Source of the DNA: Chloroflexota bacterium
Lineage (GTDB): Bacteria > Chloroflexota > UBA11872 > JBHOQS01
NCBI GenBank assembly: GCA_042408875.1
Contig: JBHOQS010000025.1
Coordinates: 41,391-105,390, forward strand
Direction: 5' to 3'
DNA length: 64,000 bases
Part shown: in pieces, positions 27,504 through 37,977 of the stretch
How positions within the stretch are numbered: position 1 is the first letter of the stretch
Layout: each line of letters begins with the position of its first letter
Position numbers and translations under genes: made by a program
Notes under the pieces: generated by a model
Told to the model about the DNA's origin: nothing
Database searches by the model: none
Seen by the model: only the letters and a program-made list of their open reading frames with translations

Positions 27504-28442
27504 ATGGACAGACACTGGAACGCCTACATGCACGTGGGTATCGTGCACTTCATGCTCTGGCCGCAGGTACAGGGCGGCACTGGCCCGATCCTGGAGACCG
27601 CCGCGCAGATCGCACAGGACCCCTTCTTCAATGTCCTGGAGGTCACGCGGGTCGAAGATCCGGAAACACGCCGCAAACTGCGCGAGCTTATGGACGCAGC
27701 ACATATGGAGCTCGGCTTCGGCGCTCAGCCTGGCCTGCTCCGCAACCGCCTCAACCTTGCCGATCTCGACGAGGACGGCCGCCGGCGCGCGGTGGACGAG
27801 GTGAAAGGCGCCATCGACCAGGCCTACGAGCTGGGCTGTCGCCTGCTCGCGTTCATGGATGGCCCGCAGTCCTACCCTGGCCCTGAGAAGGCTGGCGCGG
27901 CCACAGACCAGCTCGTCAGATCGATCGTCGAACTGTGCCGCTATGCGTCTGATCGGGGGAAGGAGTACGAGCTAGCGCTCTCCCTGGAGACCTTCGACCG
28001 CGAGGTGGAAAAGAAGTCGCTGATCGGCCCCACTAGAGAAGCTGTGGAGCTCGCACGTCGCGTGCGCGAACAGGTCTCCAACTTCGGACTGACCCTCGAT
28101 CTATCGCACCTGCCCCTGCTGGGCGAGGCGCCGGAGGAGGCGCTGACGCTGGCCAGGGACTTCCTCATCCACGCGCATGCCGGCAACTGCGCCATGCGCG
28201 ACCGCGGCCATCCGGCCTACGGAGACCAGCACCCCCGCTTCGGCGTGCTGGGCGGAGAAAACGACGTGGCGGAGCTGGCCACCTACCTGCGGGCGTTGCT
28301 GAAGAGTGGCTTTTTCGACAAGCGGCTGCCCACGAAACGGCCGGTGCTCACGTTCGAGGTCAAGCCGATGCCGGGCGAGAGCGCCGAAGTCATCATCGCT
28401 AATACGAAGCGTACCTTCATCGAGGCGTGGGCGCTGGTCTGA
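27504..28442 (+). CDS. sugar phosphate isomerase/epimerase (xylose-isomerase-like TIM barrel)
   Basis: 312 aa from an in-frame ATG. ...LSLETFDREVEKKSLIGP...LTLDLSHL...HAHAGNC... is a TIM-barrel AP-endonuclease-2 family pattern. Confidence 0.55.
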   Translation: MDRHWNAYMHVGIVHFMLWPQVQGGTGPILETAAQIAQDPFFNVLEVTRVEDPETRRKLRELMDAAHMELGFGAQPGLLRNRLNLADLDEDGRRRAVDEVKGAIDQAYELGCRLLAFMDGPQSYPGPEKAGAATDQLVRSIVELCRYASDRGKEYELALSLETFDREVEKKSLIGPTREAVELARRVREQVSNFGLTLDLSHLPLLGEAPEEALTLARDFLIHAHAGNCAMRDRGHPAYGDQHPRFGVLGGENDVAELATYLRALLKSGFFDKRLPTKRPVLTFEVKPMPGESAEVIIANTKRTFIEAWALV

Positions 28443-28614
28443 GCGGCTCTACCGTGCGAGCAGGGCCAGGCGCATCGTGCGAAGCCATCTGCGCCTTACG
28501 CGCATGGCAATGGCTACCGCCATCATCCGGGCGTGGGCTGGGGTATGCGAGAGCATTCACGAAGAAGTACTTGGCAAAGGCACATCTTGAGACACGACAG
28601 AGGAGACAGGGCAG

Positions 28615-29607
28615 ATGCCAGAGAAACCTCGGGTCTACGTTACCCGTCGCATCCCGGAGATCGGGATTAACCTCCTGCGTGAGCATTTCGACGTGCGGGT
28701 CTGGGATAGTGACGACGTAGTACCGCGCGAGGTGCTGCTGGAGGAGCTGAAAGAGGCCGACGGTGTGCTGGCGCTGCTGACCGAGCGCTTCGACGGGCCC
28801 ACTATGGATGCGGCCCCGAAGCTCAAGGTGATCGCCAACATGGCCGTTGGCTTCGATAACATCGACGTCGCCGCAGCCACCGAGCGCGGGATCGTGGTGT
28901 GCAACACGCCCGGCGTGCTCACCGACACGACGGCCGACTTCGCCTGGACGCTGCTGATGGCTGCGGCGCGCCGCGTGGTCGAGGGCTATAAGTACGTCCA
29001 GGAGGGCAAGTGGAAGACGTGGGGGCCGCTGCTGCTGCTCGGCCAGGACGTGCACCACGCTACCCTGGGCTTGATCGGTCTAGGCCGCATTGGCAGCGCC
29101 GTGGCCCAGCGCGCCAAGGGGTTCTCCATGCGCGTGCTGTATTACGATGCCATCCGCCGGCAGGACCTGGAGCAGAGCCTGGGCATCGAGTATGCACCGA
29201 TGGAGCAGGTGCTGCGCGAGGCTGACTTCGTCAGCCTACACGTCCCGCTGACGCCGGAGACGCGGCACCTGATCAACGCCGAGCGGCTGCGCATGATGAA
29301 GAAGACGGCGGTGTTGGTCAACACGTCCCGCGGCCCGGTAGTGGACCAGAAGGCGCTCTACGAAGCCCTGCGCGACGGCGTGATCTGGGCTGCCGCGCTC
29401 GACGTGACCGATCCTGAGCCAATTCCGATGGACGACCCGCTCCTCAAGCTGGACAACTGCCTGATCGTGCCGCACATCGCCAGCGCCAGCTTCAAGACGC
29501 GGGACGCTATGGCTGCCCTGGCTGCGCGCAACATCATCGCCGTGCTGAGCGGCCAGCCGCCAGAGACCCCGGTCAATCCTGAGGTGTGGGAGCGCCGCAG
29601 GAAGTAG
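28615..29607 (+). CDS. D-isomer-specific 2-hydroxyacid dehydrogenase (glyoxylate/hydroxypyruvate reductase-like)
   Basis: [19 protein letters not shown] (NAD Rossmann), catalytic HVPLT...NTSRG...ALDV...PH. SD GAGGAG upstream. Confidence 0.8.
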   Translation: MPEKPRVYVTRRIPEIGINLLREHFDVRVWDSDDVVPREVLLEELKEADGVLALLTERFDGPTMDAAPKLKVIANMAVGFDNIDVAAATERGIVVCNTPGVLTDTTADFAWTLLMAAARRVVEGYKYVQEGKWKTWGPLLLLGQDVHHATLGLIGLGRIGSAVAQRAKGFSMRVLYYDAIRRQDLEQSLGIEYAPMEQVLREADFVSLHVPLTPETRHLINAERLRMMKKTAVLVNTSRGPVVDQKALYEALRDGVIWAAALDVTDPEPIPMDDPLLKLDNCLIVPHIASASFKTRDAMAALAARNIIAVLSGQPPETPVNPEVWERRRK

Positions 29608-29620
29608 CGGGAGGGGAAAA

Positions 29621-29662
29621 GCGCCGAGGGCTCGGCAGATGGTGCCGCTCCGCCCTCGGCGC
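29621..29662. terminator. dyad-symmetry element (11-bp arms GCGCCGAGGGC/GCCCTCGGCGC) between convergent genes; no U-tract
   Basis: Located 14 bp after the stop of the dehydrogenase (+) and 180 bp after recA (-). Confidence 0.35.
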
Positions 29663-29843
29663 GTCGCCTGATGCCCCTCTACGCCGTAGCAGCTTCGGCG
29701 CGCAGAGGATGGTGCCCTGAGAGGTTCCTGTCCCGGTCGCAGCATCCCGCCATCCGCAGGTGCGCGCCCGGTGGCGTCGCGCTGTCGGCGTGCACCTGCG
29801 GAGCACTCTCGCACGCGTGTGCAAGACGGGTCGGCACTGCCCA

Positions 29844-30884
29844 TCAGTCATCCGCAGCGGAGACGACCGTGCCCTGGTACTGGCTGGCGTGGGCGCGGAT
29901 CTCACTTTCGATCTGGGCGGCGATGTGGGGGTTCTGGCGCAGGAACTCCTTGGCGTTCTCGCGGCCCATGCCCAGCTTGGTCTCGCCATAGGTGAAGTGC
30001 GCCCCGCTCTTGCGGATGATCCCCATATCCACCCCCACATCCAGGAGACCGCCCTCTTTGGAGATACCGCCCTGGAACATGAGATCGAACTCGCAGGTAC
30101 GGAACGGCGGGGCGACCTTGTTCTTGACCACCTTTACCTTCGTGCGCGCGCCGATCACCTCGGTGCCGTTCTTGATCTGGTCCACACGGCGGATCTCCAG
30201 CCGCACGGAGGAGTAGAACTTCAGCGCCCGGCCGCCGGGGGTTGTCTCGGGGTTGCCGAACATGATGCCGATCTTCTCGCGAAGCTGGTTGATGAAGATC
30301 ACCACCGCGTGGGACTTGCTGATGGCCGCGGTCAGCTTGCGCAGCGCCTGCGACATCAGCCGCGCCTGGAGGCCCACATGGGCATCGCCCATCTCCCCGT
30401 CAATCTCCGCGCGAGGAACCAGCGCCGCCACCGAGTCGATCACCACCACGTCGATGGCGCCGCTCCGCACCAGCATCTCGGCGACCTCGAGCGCCTGCTC
30501 GCCTGAGTCCGGCTGCGAGATCAGCAGCGCATCGGTGCGGACACCGCAGTTACGCGCCCACTGCTCGTCAAAGGCGTGCTCGGCATCGATGAAGGCCGCC
30601 ATGCCGCCCATCCGCTGGGCCTCGGCCATGATGTGGTACGCCAGCGTCGTCTTGCCAGAAGACTCCGGCCCATAGATCTCGATCACGCGACCGCGCGGGA
30701 CGCCTCCCACGCCCAGGGCCAGGTCCAGGGCAATGGAGCCCGTAGGGATGACCTCCACCGCTAGGCGCGGTGTGGAGTCATCTAGCCGCATGATCGTGCC
30801 TTTGCCGTACTTCTTTTCGATAGCTGCAACGGCGATCTCAATCGCCTTCTGCCGGTCGGTGAGCGTGCTCGTTCGTTCGATCAT
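29844..30884 (-). CDS. recA: recombinase A
   Basis: [29 protein letters not shown]...[13 protein letters not shown] (Walker A)...; near full-length identity pattern to RecA. The internal ATG at 30884 gives a canonical 346-aa RecA; the ORF-track N-extension is unlikely. Confidence 0.9.
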   Translation of the reverse strand: MIERTSTLTDRQKAIEIAVAAIEKKYGKGTIMRLDDSTPRLAVEVIPTGSIALDLALGVGGVPRGRVIEIYGPESSGKTTLAYHIMAEAQRMGGMAAFIDAEHAFDEQWARNCGVRTDALLISQPDSGEQALEVAEMLVRSGAIDVVVIDSVAALVPRAEIDGEMGDAHVGLQARLMSQALRKLTAAISKSHAVVIFINQLREKIGIMFGNPETTPGGRALKFYSSVRLEIRRVDQIKNGTEVIGARTKVKVVKNKVAPPFRTCEFDLMFQGGISKEGGLLDVGVDMGIIRKSGAHFTYGETKLGMGRENAKEFLRQNPHIAAQIESEIRAHASQYQGTVVSAADD

Positions 30885-31107
30885 TGGGCCCTGCTCATCT
30901 GCTCTGGGAGAGCGCCCCGTCTGCACTGGCCGTGCGCTGCGCGCCGGGAGTTCCTCCACTGGCGCTCCGTTCACTGGAGTGACCTCTACTATCGCCATTA
31001 TACTACCCGTTCCTTCCTCCGGCACTGGCCGGGATGTACCCCTACTACACAGCACTGCACACCTGCCGGGGCCTGCTCTACCGGCGTGTACGCCGAGTAT
31101 ACTGCAC

Positions 31108-31151
31108 AAATGAATACCTGTCAATAAGAGAGTGCTGCCAGGTATTCATTT
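31108..31151. promoter_or_regulatory. perfect 13-bp inverted repeat AAATGAATACCTG-N18-CAGGTATTCATTT in the recA/VOC divergent intergenic region
   Basis: Seen directly. About 225 bp upstream of the recA start and 180 bp upstream of the VOC gene. Confidence 0.5.
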
Positions 31152-31328
31152 GGACCCAGAGACCATTGACGGCGCTGCGACCAGGATGCCAGAATGCACT
31201 CCGGCGCGTGCACCCGGTTTCTGTGCATGTGCCGTCTCTACGCAATATCTCGACGCAATATCTCTACGTATCTACAGCACGAGCGCGCCGGGCACTGCGC
31301 CCGGCCGAGACGGCATGAGGTTCCGGCT

Positions 31329-31703
31329 ATGCGCATGCATCACATCGCCATCACCACATCGGATATGGACGCGTCAGTTGCGTTCTACACTCGCCACCTG
31401 GGTCTGCACGTGGTCGCCCGCTACCCCAGTGCTATCTTTCTGAGCGATGGCCAGGGCATGCATCTTGAGCTCCTCCCCCGCCAGCCCGGCGTGGCCGCGG
31501 AGGATGGCACCGTCGTCAATCACCTGGCCTTCCTCGTCGAGGATGTCGCGGCTGCCGCGGCGCGCCTGCGCGAGGCAGGCATCAGCTTCCACACCGGCCC
31601 GCTCACCGCGGCCAACGGCGCGGTCATCGCCAACTGCCGTGCCCCGGAAGGCACGGTGATCCAGCTCTGGCAGGCACCGCCGGATTTCCCGCACGAGCGT
31701 TGA
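31329..31703 (+). CDS. VOC-family (glyoxalase I/bleomycin-resistance fold) protein
   Basis: MRMHHIAITTSDMDASVAFYTRHLGL...NHLAFLVEDV...; in-frame ATG inside the longer ORF. Confidence 0.65.
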   Translation: MRMHHIAITTSDMDASVAFYTRHLGLHVVARYPSAIFLSDGQGMHLELLPRQPGVAAEDGTVVNHLAFLVEDVAAAAARLREAGISFHTGPLTAANGAVIANCRAPEGTVIQLWQAPPDFPHER

Positions 31704-31784
31704 AGTTGATATAATTGCTCTACAATATAGGCTATTAAGCTAGGCTATTGAGCCGGCCTCAGGCCGGAAGAGGGGCGGTGCGCC

Positions 31785-32510
31785 GTGCCATCTGAACCAG
31801 GGCCTTCTCCCAGCGTAGCAGCGTCCCAAGTACTAGCCCCCGCGGCCCTGCCGCCGGTCCTCCCGATCTGTCTGAACGTCGCCGGACGCCATTGCATGGT
31901 GTTCGGCGGCGGTGAGGTGGCCGAACGAAAAGTGCTCTCGCTCCTGGAGTGCGGGGCACGCGTCACCGTCGTGGCGCCCGCCGTGCAAGCGCGCCTGCGG
32001 GAGCTAGCAGCGCGCGGCCGCATCGTGCTGGAATTGCGCCCCTACCGCCGCGGCGAGCTGGCAGCCAGCAAGCCCTTCCTGGTCTTCGCCGCAACCGACG
32101 ACCCGGAGGTGCACCGCCAGCTCTGGGAAGAGGCCGAGGCGAACAGCATCTTGATTAACGTCGTCGACGTCCCGCAGCTCTGCAACTTTATCATGCCGTC
32201 GATCCTGCGTCGCGGCGATCTCTGCATCGCGGTCTCGACCGGCGGGCGAAGCCCGGCGCTGGCGCGGCGCATCCGCCTCGAGCTCGAAGAGCGCTTCCCG
32301 CCGGATTTTGGCGAGCTGCTGCTGCGGGTCAGCGAGGTCCGTGAGTTCGTCAAGGAGCGGATGCAGCCCGGCCACGCCCGCGAGGCTATGCTGAGCACGA
32401 TCGCCGAGCCTGAGGTGCTGGAACTGTTGCGCCAAGGGCGGGTCGAAGAGGTCAAGCAGCGCTACCTGGAGCGGCTGGCCGGGCACCCGGCGAGGAAGGC
32501 AGATCTATGA
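31785..32510 (+). CDS. precorrin-2 dehydrogenase / sirohydrochlorin ferrochelatase (SirC / CysG N-domain-like); true start uncertain
   Basis: LPICLNVAGRHCMVFGGGEVAERKVLSLLECGARVTVVAP matches the SirC N-terminal Rossmann motif. It is adjacent to a SUMT gene, with a 4-bp overlap to the next gene. Confidence 0.65.
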   Translation: MPSEPGPSPSVAASQVLAPAALPPVLPICLNVAGRHCMVFGGGEVAERKVLSLLECGARVTVVAPAVQARLRELAARGRIVLELRPYRRGELAASKPFLVFAATDDPEVHRQLWEEAEANSILINVVDVPQLCNFIMPSILRRGDLCIAVSTGGRSPALARRIRLELEERFPPDFGELLLRVSEVREFVKERMQPGHAREAMLSTIAEPEVLELLRQGRVEEVKQRYLERLAGHPARKADL

Positions 32511-33724
32511 CCATGGCCGGCTCGGGCAAGGTCTACCTCGTGGGCGCCGGTCCGGGCGACCCAAAGCTGTTGACCCTGCGCGGTCTGGAGTGCCTGCAGC
32601 GGGCTGAGGTGGTGGTCTACGACCGCCTGGTTGATCCAGCGCTTCTGCTGTATGCGCCGCTCCAGGCCGAGTGCATCTATGCGGGCAAAGAGCGCGGCCA
32701 TCACACCCTTCCTCAGGAGGAGATCAACGCGCTCTTGATCGACCGGGCACGGCAGGGCAAGGTGGTCGTGCGCCTCAAGGGTGGCGACCCCTTTGTGTTC
32801 GGCCGCGGCGGGGAAGAAGCCGAGGCGCTGGCCGCGGCGGGGATACCCTTTGAGGTGGTGCCGGGGGTGAGCTCGGCCGTTGCTGTGCCGGCCGCGGCCG
32901 GTATCCCGGTGACCCATCGCGCCCTGGCCTCGAGCTTCACCGTCGTCGCTGGCCACGAAGGCGCCGGAAGTGCCACGCCGCAGCTCGACTGGGCAGCTCT
33001 GGCCCGCAGCGGGGGCACGCTCGTCTTCCTGATGGGTGTGACGAACCTCCCTGAGATTGTGACACAGCTCGTCAGCCATGGGCGCTCGCCACAGACGCCG
33101 GTGGCGCTCGTCCGCTGGGGAACCTGGCCAGAGCAAGAGACCATCACCGGCACCCTCGCTGATATCACCGCGCGCGCCGCGGCGCGCCACTTCGGGCCGC
33201 CGGCGGTGATCGTTGTCGGCGAGGTCGTTGCCCTGCGCGAGCGGCTGGGCAGGGCGGAGCAGCTCCCACTCTTCGGCCGGCGCGTCGTCATCCCCTATAC
33301 CGAGCCTGTACCCGCCGGCCTGGTTGAGATGCTCGAAGATGCCGGAGCGCGCGTCGTAGCCGTGCCCCTCTCCGGGGGCACGGACCAGACCGGGGATGCG
33401 GTCCCGCAGGGCAGCGCCATTGACGTGTGTTGCTCTCCGGTGGCACAGGCTGGCCGATTGTGCGAGGTGCTGGAGCGTTATCCTCGGACTGTCCTGCTCT
33501 TGCCGGCACCGGCGGCCGCGCAGGCGCTGGCTGGGGTGGCTGGCCTGGCTAGCATGGCGCCAGAGCGACTGGCTGTGGTCTGCCTTGGAGCAGACACTGC
33601 GCAGGAAGCCCTCCGTACGGGCTTGCCGGTACACCGCTGGGTCTCCTCGCCCACTGGCCTCGTCGAGGCCCTCTGCGAGCACACCCTCCCGCAGGAACTC
33701 CTGGGTCTCGGCACAGCTGGGTAA
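32507..33724 (+). CDS. cobA: uroporphyrinogen-III C-methyltransferase (SUMT) with C-terminal HemD-like extension
   Basis: VYLVGAGPGDPKLLTLRG...VVRLKGGDPFVFGRGGEE are SUMT motifs. About 150 extra C-terminal residues resemble half of a uroporphyrinogen-III synthase. Confidence 0.75.
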   Translation: MTMAGSGKVYLVGAGPGDPKLLTLRGLECLQRAEVVVYDRLVDPALLLYAPLQAECIYAGKERGHHTLPQEEINALLIDRARQGKVVVRLKGGDPFVFGRGGEEAEALAAAGIPFEVVPGVSSAVAVPAAAGIPVTHRALASSFTVVAGHEGAGSATPQLDWAALARSGGTLVFLMGVTNLPEIVTQLVSHGRSPQTPVALVRWGTWPEQETITGTLADITARAAARHFGPPAVIVVGEVVALRERLGRAEQLPLFGRRVVIPYTEPVPAGLVEMLEDAGARVVAVPLSGGTDQTGDAVPQGSAIDVCCSPVAQAGRLCEVLERYPRTVLLLPAPAAAQALAGVAGLASMAPERLAVVCLGADTAQEALRTGLPVHRWVSSPTGLVEALCEHTLPQELLGLGTAG

Positions 33725-33752
33725 GCCGCTGGGCGGATATTGGCCCGGCTCG

Positions 33753-34034
33753 CTACTCGGCCGGCTCGCTACAGCGCGGACAGGGAATGCTGTACCAGAC
33801 GCCTGTGACGTCCATGATGCTCCATTCGCCGCTGCCGGCGCAGGTCGCGCAGGCGTCCGGCCTGCGGACGTCAACCGTGATCCGCCAGTGCACTGCCGTG
33901 TCGTCTGGTCCAAGGCGGACGCCCAGCGCGGCGAGCAACTGTCGCAACGCCGGGGTCAGTCCGACGCCTTCCGCCACATGAACTAACGGCAGCCGTGCAA
34001 AGTCCTGCGCCTGGGAGATTGCCTCTCCGGACAC
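33753..34034 (-). CDS. small hypothetical protein with DnaJ-type CxxCxGxG zinc-finger motif
   Basis: 93 aa from a GTG start; ...CATCAGSGEW...CPRC. Coding-like composition. Confidence 0.35.
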   Translation of the reverse strand: MSGEAISQAQDFARLPLVHVAEGVGLTPALRQLLAALGVRLGPDDTAVHWRITVDVRRPDACATCAGSGEWSIMDVTGVWYSIPCPRCSEPAE

Positions 34035-34355
34035 CTACCTGGCCTCCATCCTGCCCCTGGCCTCTCGTGCGCTTCGGGGTCCCGTGCATCCGGCAGTGCT
34101 CAACGCAGCAACGTCGCCGGCAAGCCGGACCGAACAGCGATCTACCTGGTCACCCTTCGCACCTTAGCCGGTCCGCGGCCGAAACAGAAATTCGGGCGAC
34201 GAAAGGGCTAGCAGCTTCGGGCGCGCATCCAGGCTACTTCGCTACACACATGTGCATTGACCAGCACGCGCGCCGCCACCTACACTGCATCTAGGCATCA
34301 CCGGCTACTCCGGGAGCCCGGTATGCCGTGCGCCACCAGGGAGGTCACGCGAGAC

Positions 34356-36032
34356 ATGCGGGTACAGCGGCTGCGCTCTATCGTACTGCTTGCCATTGCC
34401 GTCCTTGGACTGGCCATAGCGCCTGCACCAGGTGCGACAGGAAGGGTACCGGCACGGGCGCTGGCGGCAGGCCCGCCGCTGGACTGGGAGGTGCCGCGCG
34501 GCCGCTACTTCACGCAGGCAGGCGAGGGCCAGGGCGGGTACACCATCAGCGACGCCGGCGGGATCGGCCTGTGGAGCGCCTTTCGCAGCCTCGGCGGCGT
34601 GGAGGTCCTCGGCGTGCCCGTATCCAGGCGCTTTGAGCTTGACGGAGCGATCTACCAGGCCACGCAGCGTGCGTTGCTGCGCTGGGACCCTGAGGCGGTG
34701 ACAGCGGTGCGCGCTCCGGTGTTCGACATGCTCTCCCAGGCCGGGCTGGATGGCTGGCTAGCGGCGGAATGGGGCATCCCGGCGCCGGCTCCGGGCTCCG
34801 CACCCGCGACACCTGAGGAGCGCCTGGCTCTGCTGGATAGCGCGCCGGCACTCCGGGAGTACTTCCTGGCAGCGACCGACTGGGCGGACCGGTATGGCCT
34901 GCCGGTCGCGCTGGAGGCTGGCGAGACAGTGATCACACTGCGTGCACAGAAGGCGGCCCTCCAGCTCTGGCGCGCGGCCACGCCCTGGGCCCAGGCCGGG
35001 CAGATCACGCTGGCGAACGCCGGCGACATCGCCAAAGCCGCCGGGCTGGTGCCACTTGAGGCGCGCTTGCCGGAGCCATTCCCGCCGGTCGTGCTGGTCG
35101 GCCCGACGTCGATCCTCGTGCCCGGCCAGCCCAGCGAGGCCGCCCCCAGACCGTCTGTAACACCTGCACCTGCGCCGCGAGATGCTGAGCCCGTTCCTGC
35201 CGGCCTCGTGCAGCCGGATGGCCCGCCGGCGGTGTTTCTGACCGGGACGCGCGGGCTCCAGCTCGTCGGGGCGATCACCAACCGACACAGCCGCGCCGTG
35301 GCAGTTGACGTCTCGGCGGTGTTCCTCGATGAGGAGGACGGGCTGGCCGCTAAGGTGGGCTCATCCGGCAGTGATCTCTTCCTGCTCCCGGGGGAAAGCC
35401 GGCCGGTCCTGCTGACCACCGCAGCACGGCCGGCGAGCTGGAGAGAGGTACGGCTTCAGGTCGAGCGCGCGGTGGCGGTGGATGGCGAGCCACTGCGGTC
35501 GCTGGCGTTCGTCGGGCGGCCGCGTATCGTGCCGGGTGAGCGCCCGCGCCTCCAGGCCCAGGTGCAGAACGCGGGCGCCCGGGCAGTGCGTCCCTCGGCC
35601 TTGGCCGTCTTCTACGATGCTCAGGGGAGCGTGCTAGGAGCTGTGCCACTCTCAGGGCCAGCGGTCCCGCCCGGCCACACCTCTACCCTGGCTGGCACGG
35701 CCACGCGCACGATCCCGACCTGGGCGCACATCGGGCTCTACCTTACCCGCTACACGACGCCGTCGAGCGCCCCGCCGGTCTTGTCGTTCACAGACGTACG
35801 CGTCGTGCCACTGGCACAGGAGAGTGAAGTGCGCGGCGTCGTCGCCAACGGCGGAGCGCGGCCGGTGACAGTTGCCCTGTCAGCCACGCTCCTCGATGCC
35901 GAGGGCAGCATCCTCGCCTATGGCGCGTCATCGCAGCGCCTTGATCTTGCGCCTGGCGAGCGCAAGCTGTTCACGCTCCGTACGGACGCCCGTGTCGAGC
36001 TCTTCGCCGCGCTGCGATTAGAACCCCGCTGA
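34356..36032 (+). CDS. secreted hypothetical protein with three C-terminal beta-sandwich-like repeats
   Basis: Signal peptide MRVQRLRSIVLLAIAVLGLAIAPAPGA. Three roughly 110-aa related segments. No known catalytic motifs. Confidence 0.5.
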   Translation: MRVQRLRSIVLLAIAVLGLAIAPAPGATGRVPARALAAGPPLDWEVPRGRYFTQAGEGQGGYTISDAGGIGLWSAFRSLGGVEVLGVPVSRRFELDGAIYQATQRALLRWDPEAVTAVRAPVFDMLSQAGLDGWLAAEWGIPAPAPGSAPATPEERLALLDSAPALREYFLAATDWADRYGLPVALEAGETVITLRAQKAALQLWRAATPWAQAGQITLANAGDIAKAAGLVPLEARLPEPFPPVVLVGPTSILVPGQPSEAAPRPSVTPAPAPRDAEPVPAGLVQPDGPPAVFLTGTRGLQLVGAITNRHSRAVAVDVSAVFLDEEDGLAAKVGSSGSDLFLLPGESRPVLLTTAARPASWREVRLQVERAVAVDGEPLRSLAFVGRPRIVPGERPRLQAQVQNAGARAVRPSALAVFYDAQGSVLGAVPLSGPAVPPGHTSTLAGTATRTIPTWAHIGLYLTRYTTPSSAPPVLSFTDVRVVPLAQESEVRGVVANGGARPVTVALSATLLDAEGSILAYGASSQRLDLAPGERKLFTLRTDARVELFAALRLEPR

Positions 36033-36224
36033 TGAGAGGTGAGGCTGCCCATCCCACGGCGGGGAAGCGCCCCCCAGAGCATGGGGTACGCCACCTTGCA
36101 TCGGCATGCCGGTGTGCGATGCTAGAGCCGTCTCAAGCCCGAATCTCAGAGAAGATGCGAGCATCGCGCGATGACACGTGCAGTAACCACTGGGCTGCCC
36201 TCTGTTGCTCCCCAGCGCCGGCGC

Positions 36225-36479
36225 ATGCAGCGGGGTGCCGGCACCGTCGAGTACGCGCTGGTCCTGCTCCTTCTCGTGCTTGCAGCCTTGCTGGCCGTGC
36301 AGGACACCGGCAAGGCGACGAACGAAGCGCTCAACAGGGTCAACGAGTGGGTAGAGTGGGCGACGGCGGATGCGCTACCCCTGCCCACCGCGCCACCAGG
36401 AGTGACACCGACGCCGGTGGATTGCTCGCCCCGTGGCCAAGGCCGGCCGCCCAAGTGCCCGCGCGGCTGGATGAAGTAG
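36225..36479 (+). CDS. Flp-family type IVb pilin (orphan), with Cys-containing C-terminal tail
   Basis: MQRGAG|TVEYALVLLLLVLAALLAV is the Flp prepilin motif (G/xxxxEY plus hydrophobic helix). In-frame ATG at 36225. Confidence 0.55.
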   Translation: MQRGAGTVEYALVLLLLVLAALLAVQDTGKATNEALNRVNEWVEWATADALPLPTAPPGVTPTPVDCSPRGQGRPPKCPRGWMK

Positions 36480-36533
36480 AGCGAACATCAAGCCGGCCGC
36501 AGACGTACCAGGCGCCTCGGTGCCCACTCGCGC

Positions 36534-37817
36534 TCAGCGCTCGATCGTCGCCCGGCGCTCCGGCCCTACACCGATGAGGCGCACTGGCACGCCGACCAGC
36601 TCCTCGATGCGCTGGATATAGCGCTGCGCCTCCGCCGGAAGCTCCTCAAAACGTCGAGCACTGCCGGTGCAGCACCGCCAGCCCGGCAGCGTCTCATACA
36701 CCGGCTCCGCCCGGGCCAGGACCCGCGCCGGCGGCATTGTGGTGATCTCGCCGGCCGGGAGCAGTTCGCCATCGATGCGGTAGGCCGTGCAGATGCGGAC
36801 CCGCTCGAAGCCATCCAGGACATCGAGCTTCATCACCGCCAGGTCGGTGAAACCGTTCAACTCCGCAGCGAAGCGCGCGGCCACGGCGTCGAACCAGCCG
36901 CACCGCCGCGGCCGCCCGGTGGCTGCGCCGTACTCGTTGCCGAGCTCACGGAGCTGGACGGCCTGATCGGGCGGCATCTCAGTGGGCAGTGGGCCCTCGC
37001 CCACCGCAGTAGTATAGGCCTTGGTCACGCCGGTGACCTGGCGGATGCGATGGGGGGGCACACCGGCCCCGGCGGCCGCTCCACCGGCTAGCGTGCAGGA
37101 CGACGTCACGAACGGATAGATGCCCCAGTCCAAGTCACGCATGACGCCGAGCTGGCCTTCCAGGAGGACCGTGCGATCCTCGCGCAGCGCGCGCTGTACA
37201 ACGACGTGAGAGTTCACGATACGGTCCTTCAGGCGTCTGCCCCAGTCCAGGCACCGAGTGAGCAGCTCCCCAGCGTCAAGTGGAGGCGCGCCGTAGCCGG
37301 CCAGAATGCGGTTCTCAGCTTCGACGACGGCAGGGATATACTCGCGCAGGTACGGCTCGTCCAGCAGGTCGCCCATCTGCAAGCCGATGCGCGCGGCTTT
37401 GTCCGTATAGGCAGGCCCGACGCCGCGGCGCGTCGTGCCCTGGCGGTGCTCGCCACGAGCATCCTCCTCCAGCCCGTCACGCTGGATGTGATACGGCATC
37501 ACGACGTGCGCGCGCTCAGCAACGATGAGCTGCGCCGTGGAGACCCTGCGCTGCTCTAGGTCGTCGATCTCCGCCAGGAGCGCGTCGGGGTCCACGACCG
37601 TGCCCGGTCCTATCAGGCACTGCACATGGGGATGGAAGATGCCTGACGGCACAAGGTGCAGGCGGAACTCGCCCCGCTCATCAGGGACAACGGTGTGTCC
37701 AGCGTTCGCTCCGCCATTGTAGCGGATCACCAGGTCCGCCTGGGCAGCCAGGTAATCCACTACCTTCCCCTTGCCCTCGTCCCCCCAATGAGCACCCACA
37801 ATAGCGCGCACGCCCAT
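36534..37817 (-). CDS. purA: adenylosuccinate synthetase
   Basis: MGVRAIVGAHWGDEGKGKVVDYLA...GGANAGHTV... is canonical PurA. The start is taken at an internal ATG (427 aa). Confidence 0.9.
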   Translation of the reverse strand: MGVRAIVGAHWGDEGKGKVVDYLAAQADLVIRYNGGANAGHTVVPDERGEFRLHLVPSGIFHPHVQCLIGPGTVVDPDALLAEIDDLEQRRVSTAQLIVAERAHVVMPYHIQRDGLEEDARGEHRQGTTRRGVGPAYTDKAARIGLQMGDLLDEPYLREYIPAVVEAENRILAGYGAPPLDAGELLTRCLDWGRRLKDRIVNSHVVVQRALREDRTVLLEGQLGVMRDLDWGIYPFVTSSCTLAGGAAAGAGVPPHRIRQVTGVTKAYTTAVGEGPLPTEMPPDQAVQLRELGNEYGAATGRPRRCGWFDAVAARFAAELNGFTDLAVMKLDVLDGFERVRICTAYRIDGELLPAGEITTMPPARVLARAEPVYETLPGWRCCTGSARRFEELPAEAQRYIQRIEELVGVPVRLIGVGPERRATIER

Positions 37818-37904
37818 CGCGCGGTCCTCCTCGAGAAAGCGTAAAAAACTTAAAAAACTCAAAAACTCAAAATTGTTCAAAACTTGTAGACTCGAAGGGC
37901 ATAG

Positions 37905-37947
37905 GTCAAAAGGGAGGAAGACTCTCCGCACATGAATGTGCGGAGAG
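37905..37947 (-). terminator. rho-independent terminator of the trmB-like gene (12-bp perfect stem CTCTCCGCACAT/ATGTGCGGAGAG plus UCUUCCUCCCUUUUG)
   Basis: Hairpin begins 31 nt after the stop. The U-rich tract is on the minus strand. Confidence 0.7.
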
Positions 37948-37977
37948 TGCCCGCCCGGCCTCAGCCGGTGAGCGCGC

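Noticed and set aside
32462-33913. 483-aa ORF on the minus strand
   Set aside because: Entirely antisense to the well-supported cobA/SUMT gene. The translation is Arg/Ala-rich low complexity, a typical high-GC shadow ORF.
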